Source: an uncultured Microbulbifer sp. (lineage in GTDB: Bacteria; Pseudomonadota; Gammaproteobacteria; Pseudomonadales; Cellvibrionaceae). From it: a DNA stretch of 64,000 nucleotides. The notes beneath the pieces were generated by a model, which worked only from the letters and a program-made list of their open reading frames with translations, made no database searches and was not told where the DNA came from. The position numbers and the translations under genes were made by a program. The stretch is from NCBI RefSeq assembly GCF_947504145.1, contig NZ_CANNGQ010000001.1:1112737-1176736 (forward strand). Reading direction: 5' to 3'. Position 1 is the stretch's first letter. Every line of letters begins with the position of its first letter. Of the stretch, positions 51,399-60,842 are shown piece by piece.

Positions 51399-52055
51399 TC
51401 AGGCATCCTTGGGCTCAGGCGCCGTCAGCATGGCGGCGGCCGCCGGCGCCAGGCGAGCCAGAGTTTCTTCCAGGCTGCTCTCAGCGCCAAAATCCTCCCT
51501 CAGGATAGCCTCGATGGCATCAAAGCTCGACAGGGAAAATATGGTGGCACCGAGCATGAAATACAGGCGCCAGTAAAAAGTAACCGGGTCTACCTGAGGC
51601 AGCGCGTTGGCCAGCTGGCCCGCAAAGCGGCGATAGCTGGGCCCGTACCTCGACACGATAAACCGGCGCAAGTGCCCCTGAGACTGCGTGTAAGCCAGCC
51701 CCAGCAGCCCCATAAAACGCTTGGGATCCCGCCCCTCTTTGGCCAACCCGGCCAAGGCAACGCGGTACAGGCTCTGCAGCAGGTCATCTACCTCCAGCTG
51801 CTCCCCGGGCGACGCCTCAAGCTGGGCCTGACGGCGGGTCAGCTCTTGATCAAGATTGGCGGTAAACGGTGTCAAAAACCGCTCGAACACCGCCTGAATC
51901 AACTCTTTTTTCGACCCGAAGTGGTAGTTCACCGCCGCCAGGTTAACCCCAGCGGTACTGGTGATGGTCCGCAATGACGTTTCGGTAAAGCCCCGTTCGG
52001 CGAACAACACCTCGGCGGCATCCAGTATACGGTTGACGGTATCCAGCTGACTCAT
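51399..52055 (-). CDS. psrA: TetR-family regulator, PsrA-like
   Basis: RILDAAEVLFAERGF..TSLR.IT..AGVNLAAVNYHFGSK. Located between nagZ and lexA as in Pseudomonas. Start trimmed to MSQLD. Confidence 0.8.
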   Translation of the reverse strand: MSQLDTVNRILDAAEVLFAERGFTETSLRTITSTAGVNLAAVNYHFGSKKELIQAVFERFLTPFTANLDQELTRRQAQLEASPGEQLEVDDLLQSLYRVALAGLAKEGRDPKRFMGLLGLAYTQSQGHLRRFIVSRYGPSYRRFAGQLANALPQVDPVTFYWRLYFMLGATIFSLSSFDAIEAILREDFGAESSLEETLARLAPAAAAMLTAPEPKDA

Positions 52056-52388
52056 ACCCTGCTCACAATAATTCAAACCAGCAATTAAAACGTTTGTTTA
52101 ACCGCTGAGACTAGCATAGTCCCTCATTATCGGCATCCGCTCGGCAGCCCAGGAAAGGCCCCCTGACAGCGACCATCTGCCTCAAGGAACTGCCGAATCA
52201 CCTGCACAGACACACCTGATCCGTGGATAGCCAGCGACAGTCGCGACCTGTCAGTTACCAAGCCCCCCGCCCCCACGCTAGATTGAAACCAGAGGCTTCT
52301 CTGTTTATCCCGACAGAACCACACGGAGTAAGTCACCCTGGCGACTCTCGTAGGGAGCGCATACCGATAACGACAGGAGGGCTGCATC

Positions 52389-52721
52389 ATGGCAAGAATT
52401 GCCCCTGAAATTGGCAGCTGGTTTGAAAATTTCGATAGTGGCGACCTGTTTGAAGTGGTGGCCGTCGATCACCCTTCCCGCACGATCGAGATTCAGTATC
52501 TCGACGGCTCACTGGATGAAATTGATTTTCAAAATTGGCCGCGTCTGCCAGTAATTGGCGCAGCAGAGCCGGAAGACGCCAACGCCGGCTATGGCACCCT
52601 GGCAGAGGAAATGCAGGACGACGAAGACGCGGGTTTCCGAAGCCCGATTCTGTCACCGGCACAAACGGCCATCGACCGACTCGAGGGCGAGTCGTTTCCG
52701 GGCACAGATGAAGGTTTCTGA
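52389..52721 (+). CDS. Small acidic hypothetical protein (DUF6763-like)
   Basis: PEIGSWF, FEVVAVD, IEIQYLDG..DEID...W motif, preceded by AGGAGG. Confidence 0.75.
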   Translation: MARIAPEIGSWFENFDSGDLFEVVAVDHPSRTIEIQYLDGSLDEIDFQNWPRLPVIGAAEPEDANAGYGTLAEEMQDDEDAGFRSPILSPAQTAIDRLEGESFPGTDEGF

Positions 52722-52962
52722 CATTTCCTGCAAATGGCCGGAGCAAATCGCTCAAACTGCTCTCCGAAAATTCGACAATGCCCCCCAACGCTGATTCCGG
52801 AAACCCGATACTCCGGCATCAGCGACTTCTCGCAAAAAATAAAACTCGCAAATCTTTTCGAACCCTTTTCAGAATCGTTTCGCACCCGGTCTGACCCACC
52901 CAGCGCCAGTCCTTCCCCCAATTCGACTCACCTGCCCGCCAGTATTTGCGCACCCGCCAAAT

Positions 52963-52997
52963 CTGTATATAATCACAGCACCTGTATATAAATACAG
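52963..52997. promoter_or_regulatory. Tandem LexA boxes upstream of lexA
   Basis: CTGTATATAATCACAG (52963-52978) and CTGTATATAAATACAG (52982-52997). Confidence 0.92.
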
Positions 52998-53022
52998 ACT
53001 CCGGGAAAAACAGGAAGAACCC

Positions 53023-53631
53023 ATGACGAACCTCACTGCCCGTCAGGCCCAGGTACTCGAGCTGATCAAAACCTATCTGGACGATACCGGCTATCCGCCC
53101 ACCCGTGCAGAAATTGCCAAGCAGCTCGGATTCCGCTCTCCCAACGCGGCGGAAGAACACCTGAAAGCGCTTGCGCGCAAAGGCGCTATCGAAATGGTAG
53201 CGGGAGCCTCGCGCGGTATCCGTATTCCCGATTACAACACCGGCCTACCGATCGTCGGCCGGGTTGCCGCGGGTAATCCGGTACTGGCGGAGGAAAATAT
53301 CGAGGAATATTGCGAGATTCCCGCGGAGTTTTTCCACCCACCAGCGGATTACCTACTGCGGGTACACGGCATGAGTATGAAAGATGCCGGTATTCTCGAT
53401 GGGGATTTACTGGCTGTGCAGCGCACCGACAATATCCGCAACGGACAGATTGTGGTGGCACGTATAGAGGATGAGGTAACGGTGAAGCGTTTCAAGCGCC
53501 GAGGCAACCAGGCCACAGTTCAGCTGCTGCCAGAGAACGAAGACTTCAATGTCATTGAAGTGGACATGCGCGACAAGCACTTCGCGATTGAGGGGCTGGC
53601 GGTGGGTGTGATTCGGCAGAATCCAGTCTGA
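53023..53631 (+). CDS. lexA: SOS repressor LexA
   Basis: [22 protein letters not shown] cleavage site, GMSM (Ser), VTVKR (Lys). Confidence 0.97.
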   Translation: MTNLTARQAQVLELIKTYLDDTGYPPTRAEIAKQLGFRSPNAAEEHLKALARKGAIEMVAGASRGIRIPDYNTGLPIVGRVAAGNPVLAEENIEEYCEIPAEFFHPPADYLLRVHGMSMKDAGILDGDLLAVQRTDNIRNGQIVVARIEDEVTVKRFKRRGNQATVQLLPENEDFNVIEVDMRDKHFAIEGLAVGVIRQNPV

Positions 53632-53646
53632 ACCCTCATCCGACAT

Positions 53647-53690
53647 GACGCATAAAAAAACAGGGCCGTGGCCCTGTTTTTTTATGCGTC
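53647..53690. terminator. Bidirectional terminator (perfect 21-bp arms)
   Basis: GACGCATAAAAAAACAGGGCC-GT-GGCCCTGTTTTTTTATGCGTC. Confidence 0.88.
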
Positions 53691-53710
53691 AAAATCGATG
53701 CGAGAACTGG

Positions 53711-53965
53711 TCAGTGGATGGTGTGCTCAGTCAGATCCACATCTTCCTCCTCGAAGGGCTCCGGCTCCAGCGCATTGATATCCTGTACCGCCTCAATCCC
53801 CGCCTCCAGCATGGCGCGCGCAATGGTCACCTTGTGCTCGCGGAGGAAGTCGAGGCTTTCTGCAGAAAAATGGATACGCACCAGCGGATCATCCTTATGA
53901 CCGGCGCGCCGTAACGCCACATCACCATTGGACAACTCGATGATTTCGTAGGTCTCAGAAGACAT
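53711..53965 (-). CDS. Small acidic hypothetical protein
   Basis: YEIIELSNGDVALRRA...PLVRIHFS...IARAM.EAG. Downstream of topA. Confidence 0.75.
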   Translation of the reverse strand: MSSETYEIIELSNGDVALRRAGHKDDPLVRIHFSAESLDFLREHKVTIARAMLEAGIEAVQDINALEPEPFEEEDVDLTEHTIH

Positions 53966-54093
53966 TCATTTCTCCACTCACTTCCCGGAAAGCCTGCGTC
54001 CAATGCAATAGACGACACAGTGCGATTTCGGGCAGTGTACCACAGGGACAAGCGATTATTGAGCGGACAAACAGGGATCCCTTGGTGGGAGAA

Positions 54094-54639
54094 TCACCAC
54101 TCCTCGCCGTGGGCCCGCTGGCGTTGCACCAGCTCATTCATCGCCCGTAGCCAGCTGGTCAAGGCCTCCCGACTGAGGGGTTCTGCAGCGGTCTGATCAA
54201 GCTGCTGCACCGGGATCAGGCTTTGCACTGCGCCAGGGCCAGGGCCAGGGTCGGACGGCGACATCGAGATGCCGCCTGCAGGCCGCCACAGCGCCTGCCA
54301 GGCCAGTTCCATACTGCGAAACCAGCTATCCGGATTCTCCCCCAGACTGACCAGCTCATTGACCTCGGCGCTGAATTTCCCCCGCGCAGCCACCAGCTGA
54401 GCAAGCGCCTGTGCCGTTTCCGGCTCGCCGCCCGGGCGAAATCCCAGCTGCAACTGATGACCCTGTTCCGCGAGAAACGCCCTGTAAGCGCGCCACAGCT
54501 GCACCAGTGCCGCTTCCTGCAGCGCAGTATCCAACAGGGCCTGCTGGCTACCCGCTTCCCCGGACGCATCCGGGGAGTGCAGGATCAGCTGGGTTTTTCG
54601 CAGTGCCGATGCCACTGCACCGGTATAAGGATTACTCAC
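54094..54639 (-). CDS. Hypothetical protein (DUF6586-like)
   Basis: NPY..V...LRK, QLWRAY..FL.E, C-terminal EW. Directly follows topA. Confidence 0.7.
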   Translation of the reverse strand: MSNPYTGAVASALRKTQLILHSPDASGEAGSQQALLDTALQEAALVQLWRAYRAFLAEQGHQLQLGFRPGGEPETAQALAQLVAARGKFSAEVNELVSLGENPDSWFRSMELAWQALWRPAGGISMSPSDPGPGPGAVQSLIPVQQLDQTAAEPLSREALTSWLRAMNELVQRQRAHGEEW

Positions 54640-54661
54640 CAGGATTACCTGCCTGCGTTAC

Positions 54662-57409
54662 TCAATCGTTGTTTTTTGGGGCCGCTGCCTTTTTAGCCGC
54701 GGCTTTTTTCTTCGCAGGGGCTTTCTTGGCAGCTGCCTTTTTCTTCGCCGGGGCTTTTTTCTTCGCGGGCGCCTTCTTCGCTGCGGGCGCCTCTACCTGC
54801 CACTTGCCATCGCGGTAGAAGGCCTTCCAGCCAGTCGCTTTGCCCTCTTCTTCAGACTGTACATACTGCTCCTGGGTCTTGCGACTGAAACGCACCACGG
54901 TATCGCGGCCTTCGTTGTCTTCCGCGGGAGCGGAAAACAGGAAGGTGTACTTGGGATCGATCTCGTCCTTGTGCGGCAGCAGTTCCTTGATCAGGGGCGC
55001 GCGAGTCTCACGATTTTTCGGGAATTGGCTGGCGGCGAGGAACAGGCCGGAGGCACCGTCCCGAAGAATGTAGGTGTCGTCCACTTTCTCACAGGGCAGT
55101 TCAGGCATCGGCACCGGGTCCATCTTGGGTGGTGCCGGCTGGCCGCTCTTCAGCAATTTGCGCGTATTTTTACACGTTTCACTGGTGCAACCGAAGTACT
55201 TGCCGAAGCGGCCAGATTTCAATTGCATGTCGGCGCCACACTTGTCGCACTCGATCACGGGGCCATCGTAACCCTTGATTTTGAAGGTGCCTTTTTCCAC
55301 TTCAAAACCGGTGCAATCCGGGTTGTTACCGCAGATGTGCAGCTTGCGCTGTTCATCCACCAGGTAACTCTCCATTGCCGTGCCGCACTTATTACAGCGG
55401 CGCTTTTCGCGCAGCTGGCGGGTCTCCGCGTCTTCATCTTTGTCGGCATCAACCGCTTCCTCACCGGACACCAGGTTCATGGTGTTGGTGCAGCGCTCCT
55501 TGGGCGGCAGTGCGTAACCGGAACAACCGAGAAAAACCCCTGTAGAGCCGGTGCGGATCTGCATATGGCGGCCGCACTGGCTGCACGCGATGTCGGTATC
55601 CGTCGGCGTGTTGCGCCGCATACCACCATCTTTGTCCTGGGCAACTTCGAGGCGCTTGCTGAAACCGGAATAAAATTCATTCAGCAGGTCTTTCCAACCG
55701 CGCTCGCCTTCGGCCACCGAGTCCAGAGACTCTTCCAGATTGGCGGTAAAGCTGTAGTCCATCAGATCGGTAAAGCTTTCGCTCAGGCGATCGGTGACGA
55801 TGTCACCCATTTTCTCCGCGTAGAAGCGACGGTTTTCCAGGCGCACGTAACCGCGATCCTGAATGGTGGAAATGATTGATGCATAGGTGGACGGGCGACC
55901 GATGCCGCGCTTCTCCAGCTCTTTCACCAGCGCCGCTTCGCTGAAACGCGCCGGCGGCTTGGTGAAGTGCTGCTTGGGATCCAGCTGCTTCAGGTTCAGC
56001 GTTTCACCGACCTTGATGTCCGGCAGGACCAGGTCTTCGTCTTTCTTGCTCTGTGCTGGCGCGACTTTCAGGAAACCGTCGAAGCGGATCACGCGGCCGC
56101 GGGTGCGCAGCTCATAATCGCCCGCGGTTACCACAACCGAGGTGGAGGTAAACTGTGCCGGCGTCATCTGACAGGCCACGAACTGTTGCCAGATCAGGGT
56201 ATACAGACGCTCAGCATCGCGCTCCATTCCAGACAGCATGTTCGGTTTGACGCGCACATCGGACGGGCGAATCGCTTCGTGCGCTTCTTGCGCGCCCTCT
56301 TTGCTGCTGTAGCGATTGGGATTCTCCGGCAGGTATTTATCGCCGTAATTCTCACCGATAAATTCGCGTACAGAAGAGACCGCCTCGGCACTCAGATTGG
56401 TAGAGTCGGTACGCATGTAGGTGATGTAGCCCGCTTCATACAAGCGCTGGGCCATCATCATGGTTTTCTTCACGCTGAAGCTGAGGCGATTACTCGCTGC
56501 CTGCTGCAAAGTGGACGTAATATAAGGTGCACTAGGCTTGGAGCTGGTGGGCTTGTCGTCCCGGGCCGTCACCTTGTAGTCGCTGGCCTGTAGCGCCTTA
56601 ACAGCGGCCATTGCCTGCTCTTCATTGACGGGCTTGAACGCTTCACCGGCCTGCTTTTTCACTTCCAGACGCAGGGCATCGGACTTGGCGGTTTGCGTGT
56701 CCGCAAACAAGGTCCAGTACTCTTCGGGGATAAACGCGCGGATTTCCCGCTCGCGCTCCACCACCAGTTTTACCGCTACCGACTGTACACGGCCGGCAGA
56801 TAGACCGCGGGCCACTTTTTCCCACAGCAGCGGCGAAACCATGTAACCCACAATACGGTCGAGAAAACGACGCGCCTGCTGCGCATTTACCCGGTCAATA
56901 TCGAGCGGGCCCGGATCCTGGAAGGCTTCCTGAATCGCGGACTTGGTAATTTCGTTGAACACGACGCGGCGATAACGCTGTTCGTCCCCACCAATCGCTT
57001 CCCGCAGGTGCCAGGCAATGGCCTCCCCTTCGCGGTCCAAGTCCGTTGCGAGATAGACGTGATCAGCATTGGCGGCGAGCTTGCGCAGTTCGTCCACCAC
57101 CTTTTCCTTGCCGGGCAAGATTTCGTAGTGGGCTTCCCAGTTGTGGTCCGGGTCGATCCCCATGCGCTTGATCAGCTGTTCGCGGCTTTTCTTGCGCTTG
57201 TAAATCTCTTTCTGTTCCGGAGAAAGCTTGCGGGTTTCCGCCGCGCGGCGGGCACGCTCTTTGGCATCCACCGGCTTTTTGTTGGAGGCGCCAGTGGGAA
57301 GATCCCGGATATGACCGATACTGGACTTCACTACAAAGTCCTTTCCGAGATACTTGTTGATTGTTTTTGCCTTCGCCGGCGACTCGACGATGACCAGTGA
57401 TTTACCCAT
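54662..57409 (-). CDS. topA: DNA topoisomerase I
   Basis: [39 protein letters not shown], zinc ribbons, Lys/Ala-rich tail. Start trimmed to MGKSL. Confidence 0.98.
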   Translation of the reverse strand: MGKSLVIVESPAKAKTINKYLGKDFVVKSSIGHIRDLPTGASNKKPVDAKERARRAAETRKLSPEQKEIYKRKKSREQLIKRMGIDPDHNWEAHYEILPGKEKVVDELRKLAANADHVYLATDLDREGEAIAWHLREAIGGDEQRYRRVVFNEITKSAIQEAFQDPGPLDIDRVNAQQARRFLDRIVGYMVSPLLWEKVARGLSAGRVQSVAVKLVVEREREIRAFIPEEYWTLFADTQTAKSDALRLEVKKQAGEAFKPVNEEQAMAAVKALQASDYKVTARDDKPTSSKPSAPYITSTLQQAASNRLSFSVKKTMMMAQRLYEAGYITYMRTDSTNLSAEAVSSVREFIGENYGDKYLPENPNRYSSKEGAQEAHEAIRPSDVRVKPNMLSGMERDAERLYTLIWQQFVACQMTPAQFTSTSVVVTAGDYELRTRGRVIRFDGFLKVAPAQSKKDEDLVLPDIKVGETLNLKQLDPKQHFTKPPARFSEAALVKELEKRGIGRPSTYASIISTIQDRGYVRLENRRFYAEKMGDIVTDRLSESFTDLMDYSFTANLEESLDSVAEGERGWKDLLNEFYSGFSKRLEVAQDKDGGMRRNTPTDTDIACSQCGRHMQIRTGSTGVFLGCSGYALPPKERCTNTMNLVSGEEAVDADKDEDAETRQLREKRRCNKCGTAMESYLVDEQRKLHICGNNPDCTGFEVEKGTFKIKGYDGPVIECDKCGADMQLKSGRFGKYFGCTSETCKNTRKLLKSGQPAPPKMDPVPMPELPCEKVDDTYILRDGASGLFLAASQFPKNRETRAPLIKELLPHKDEIDPKYTFLFSAPAEDNEGRDTVVRFSRKTQEQYVQSEEEGKATGWKAFYRDGKWQVEAPAAKKAPAKKKAPAKKKAAAKKAPAKKKAAAKKAAAPKNND

Positions 57410-57706
57410 AAGCTTTTGATTTTTAATAGAAAATTTACTGCTTTCGCACCTTCGGCAGCAGCCGAATTCAACTGTGCGCTGCGCGAATATATATGCTTCG
57501 CCCCCAGTGCGGTCAAGCAAGCGTCACAAATTGATGACCCAATTGTGCGCTCGGTAACCGTTTGTGACCGGCTATCTGACCCTTGGTTCACACCGAATCG
57601 GATAGGGCTTGGCCACGCTTCGCGGCCAAGCCATGTCCACAGCGAACCCCTGGGCGCGGTTAATTGCGACCGCTAAAAAAGTAGACCACTTCTGTTCGGC
57701 AAGCGG

Positions 57707-58249
57707 TCAAATGTGTGGATCCTGCGAATCCGCGCCCTCCTCCTGCCGGGCCGGCTGGCGGATTGCTTCCTCTATTACCGGCCGCATTGAGGCAAGCGCC
57801 TCCTGCAGGGCCGCCAGGCCCTTGTCTCCGCTGCGCTCGTGCCACTGCACGCCCAGGCCGCTGTCATTTGCGTAGACCGCGGTGGCGTCCGCCGGCAGCA
57901 TGCCCAATAGCTCTTTCAGTGGAGCTTTGGCCGGTTGCGGTGCCTCGCGGCCATTACGCCAATCCCACACGCCGTCAAAATTCACTTCGTGCGCCATGCG
58001 CTGCAGTTCCAGCGCCCAGCCCGCCTGCAACCGGCGGGGATTCCGCCATTGGGAAAAATACACCGCGGCATTCCCTTTGGGCTGTGAATCCGGCAGCGCC
58101 TGAATCTGGACTTTAAGACCAGAAGTAGCGGCCCGCTGCCTCAGTTCAGCAAGTTTACGATCCCGGCTGCTGGGCTTGAGCCAGAATACCGGGCCGATAA
58201 CCAGTGCGACGGCAAAAATGATGATGACGATGGGCAACCAGCTGGCCAT
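57707..58249 (-). CDS. Hypothetical protein with N-terminal membrane anchor
   Basis: MASWLPIVIIIFAVALVIGPVFWLKPS.RDRKLA.LR..A. Start trimmed to 58249. Confidence 0.75.
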   Translation of the reverse strand: MASWLPIVIIIFAVALVIGPVFWLKPSSRDRKLAELRQRAATSGLKVQIQALPDSQPKGNAAVYFSQWRNPRRLQAGWALELQRMAHEVNFDGVWDWRNGREAPQPAKAPLKELLGMLPADATAVYANDSGLGVQWHERSGDKGLAALQEALASMRPVIEEAIRQPARQEEGADSQDPHI

Positions 58250-58443
58250 ATGCAGATTCTTCCGTGTCGAGTTAAGCTTTTTTGCCAGCAACAGCAGGCA
58301 AATCGCCGTTGAGGGCGCGCATTTTTCCCCGCAACCCGGTGGTTGTGTCAAGTCCGTTTTTTTAAAGTAGACTCAATAGAAGCACCGGGGCCGATTGATT
58401 CCCCGGCCTGTTCACTGAAATTCACCGACACTGCGGGGGCCAA

Positions 58444-58887
58444 ATGTCAGGCTATAACAATATTCTGGTTGGACTGGACCTTTCTGAAGAATCCTCACAG
58501 GTACTGGACCGCGCCGCGGAAATTGCCAGGCACAGCAACGCAAAAATGAGCCTCGCGCATATCATTGAGCCGCTCACGTTTGCCTATGGTGGCGATGTGC
58601 CGATGGATCTGTCCGAGGTACAGGAACAACTGCAGAATCAGGCAAAAGAGCAACTGCACAAAGCCGCCACCAACCTGAATATTCCCGCGGATCGCCAGCA
58701 CGTGATGCTGGGACAGCCGGCCACAGAAATTCACCGGCTTGCGGAAGAAACGGGTTGCGACTTAATCGTGATTGGCAGCCACGGCCGCCACGGCCTCGCC
58801 CTGTTGCTGGGCTCCACAGCCAATGGCGTGCTGCACGGCGCCGGGTGTGATGTACTGGCGGTACGGGTGCATTCACCCGGGGAATAA
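58444..58887 (+). CDS. Universal stress protein (UspA family)
   Basis: YNNILVGLDLS, DLIVIGSHGRHG, LLGSTA..VLH.A.CDVLAV. Confidence 0.93.
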   Translation: MSGYNNILVGLDLSEESSQVLDRAAEIARHSNAKMSLAHIIEPLTFAYGGDVPMDLSEVQEQLQNQAKEQLHKAATNLNIPADRQHVMLGQPATEIHRLAEETGCDLIVIGSHGRHGLALLLGSTANGVLHGAGCDVLAVRVHSPGE

Positions 58888-58897
58888 CAGAAGCAAA

Positions 58898-58928
58898 AAA
58901 AACGGGGGCTGTTAAAGCCCCCGTTTTT
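58898..58928. terminator. Bidirectional terminator between usp and uup
   Basis: AAAAACGGGGGCT-GTTAA-AGCCCCCGTTTTT. Confidence 0.88.
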
Positions 58929-58934
58929 ACTCAC

Positions 58935-60818
58935 TCACATACTGTCCAGTTCTGCCCAGCGCTCAAACGCTTCTTCCAGCGCTTCCTGCAGGTCCGTCAG
59001 CTTCTGCAAGCGGGCCTGCACTGTGTCGTTGTCCTGCTGGTAAAAATCCGGGGCCGCCACCTCTTTTTCAAACGCCGCGATTTCTGTTTCCAACGTCTCG
59101 ATTTTGCCCGGCAATGCATCCAGCTCGCGCTGCAATTTATAACTGAGCTTTTTGTTTTTTTCCGCTTTCTGGGGCTCTTCCGCAGGCGTAGGGGTCGGCA
59201 CATCGGGCGCCTCTACCGCGCTGGACTTGCGCGCCTTGAGCTGCTCTTCGGCACTGATAAAACGCCCGCCCTGGCGCACAAAATCGTGGTAACCACCCAC
59301 GTACTCCCTGACGATGCCATTGCCCTCGAAAGCCAGGCAACTCTCCACCACATTGTCGAGAAAAGCCCGGTCGTGGCTCACCAGCAGCACAGTGCCAGAG
59401 AACTCCATCAGCAACTGCTCGAGCAGCTCCAGCGTCTCCACATCCAGGTCGTTAGTGGGCTCATCCAGCACCAGGATATTGGCAGGCTGGCTGAACAGTT
59501 TTGCCAGCAGTGCGCGGTTGCGCTCACCGCCGCTCAATGCCCCCACCTTGGTGCGCGCCTTCACCCCGGTAAACAGGAAGTCACTCAGGTACGACATTAT
59601 GTGGCGGGTACTGCCGCCTATTTCGATATTTTCACGCCCCTCGGCGATGTTATCGACAACAGTGAGGTCCGGGTTCAGGGTATCCCGACGCTGATCGAAG
59701 TACGCCACCTGCTGCTTGGTCCCCAGACGGATATTGCCACTTTGAGGCTCCAGGTCCCCCAGCAACAGGCGAATCAAGGTACTCTTGCCGGCACCGTTCG
59801 GGCCGATCAGACCGACCTTATCGCCCCGCATCAGGGTGAAGTCCAGATCCCGAACCAGCGGCGCGGCATCCCCTTCAAACCCGAAGGTGACACCCTTCAG
59901 CTCCGCCACCAGCTTGCCGGAGCGTTCCCCCGAATCCAGTGCCATCTTTGCCACACCCTGTCGCTCGCGCCGTGCCTGGCGCTCTTTGCGCAGAGACTGA
60001 AGTGCGCGCACGCGGCCTTCGTTGCGGGTACGGCGGGCTTTGATGCCCTGGCGAATCCAGGCTTCTTCCTGGGCGAGCTTTTTGTCGAACAGCGCGTCGT
60101 TGCGCGCCTCTTCTTCCAGCAGTTTTTCTTTTTCCTGCTGATAGCGATTAAACGGGCAGTTGAACACCCGAAGAATACCGCGATCCAGATCCCACACCGA
60201 GGTGGCGAGCCGCTGGGCCAGCGCCCGGTCGTGGCTTACAAACAGCAGCGCCCCGCGGTAGGTGGCGAGGAACTCCTCCAGCCACTCCACCGCGGCAATA
60301 TCCAGGTGGTTGGTGGGCTCATCGAGAATGAGCAGGTCCGGCTGAACCACCAGCGCGCGAGCCAGCGCGGCGCGCCGCTGCCAACCGCCGGACAGGTCCA
60401 TTACCCGGGCACTTTCATCCAGGTCGAGCCGATCCAGTACGGCATCGATGTTGGCGAGCAACTCCCAGCCGTGGGCATTTTCAATTTTTGTCTGTAGCGC
60501 CGGGTCCAGAGTATCGCGGTAGTCCGACAACCAGATGCCAACGTCGCCCAACCCCTCGGCTACGTAGCGATATACGGTATCTGTGCAATCCTCCGGCAGC
60601 GCCTGCTCAAGCGTAGCCAGCACCATGCCGCTCTGACGAATTATCTCACCCTCGTCCGGGTCACCCTTGCCGCCAATCAGGCTCAGCAAGCTGGACTTCC
60701 CCTCTCCGTTACGCCCCACCAGGCAAATACGATCTCCGCGTTCTATCTTGGCGTTGACACGATCCGCCAATACCTGAACGCCATAGCGCAAACACACGCC
60801 ATCCAACTGAAGCAACAT
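58935..60818 (-). CDS. uup: ABC-F ATPase Uup
   Basis: Two ABC domains (GRNGEGKS, LSGGW, DEPTNHLD; GPNGAGKS, LSGGE, DEPTNDLD), GIKARRTRNEGRVR linker, KLSYK C-terminal domain. Confidence 0.95.
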   Translation of the reverse strand: MLLQLDGVCLRYGVQVLADRVNAKIERGDRICLVGRNGEGKSSLLSLIGGKGDPDEGEIIRQSGMVLATLEQALPEDCTDTVYRYVAEGLGDVGIWLSDYRDTLDPALQTKIENAHGWELLANIDAVLDRLDLDESARVMDLSGGWQRRAALARALVVQPDLLILDEPTNHLDIAAVEWLEEFLATYRGALLFVSHDRALAQRLATSVWDLDRGILRVFNCPFNRYQQEKEKLLEEEARNDALFDKKLAQEEAWIRQGIKARRTRNEGRVRALQSLRKERQARRERQGVAKMALDSGERSGKLVAELKGVTFGFEGDAAPLVRDLDFTLMRGDKVGLIGPNGAGKSTLIRLLLGDLEPQSGNIRLGTKQQVAYFDQRRDTLNPDLTVVDNIAEGRENIEIGGSTRHIMSYLSDFLFTGVKARTKVGALSGGERNRALLAKLFSQPANILVLDEPTNDLDVETLELLEQLLMEFSGTVLLVSHDRAFLDNVVESCLAFEGNGIVREYVGGYHDFVRQGGRFISAEEQLKARKSSAVEAPDVPTPTPAEEPQKAEKNKKLSYKLQRELDALPGKIETLETEIAAFEKEVAAPDFYQQDNDTVQARLQKLTDLQEALEEAFERWAELDSM

Positions 60819-60842
60819 AATTAACAACTACAATAGTTTTGG

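Noticed and set aside
57410-57520. N-terminal extension of TopA in the ORF track
   Set aside because: The conserved TopA N-terminus ([11 protein letters not shown]) begins at 57409. Similar over-extended starts were trimmed for prpB, nqrC, csp, psrA and uup.
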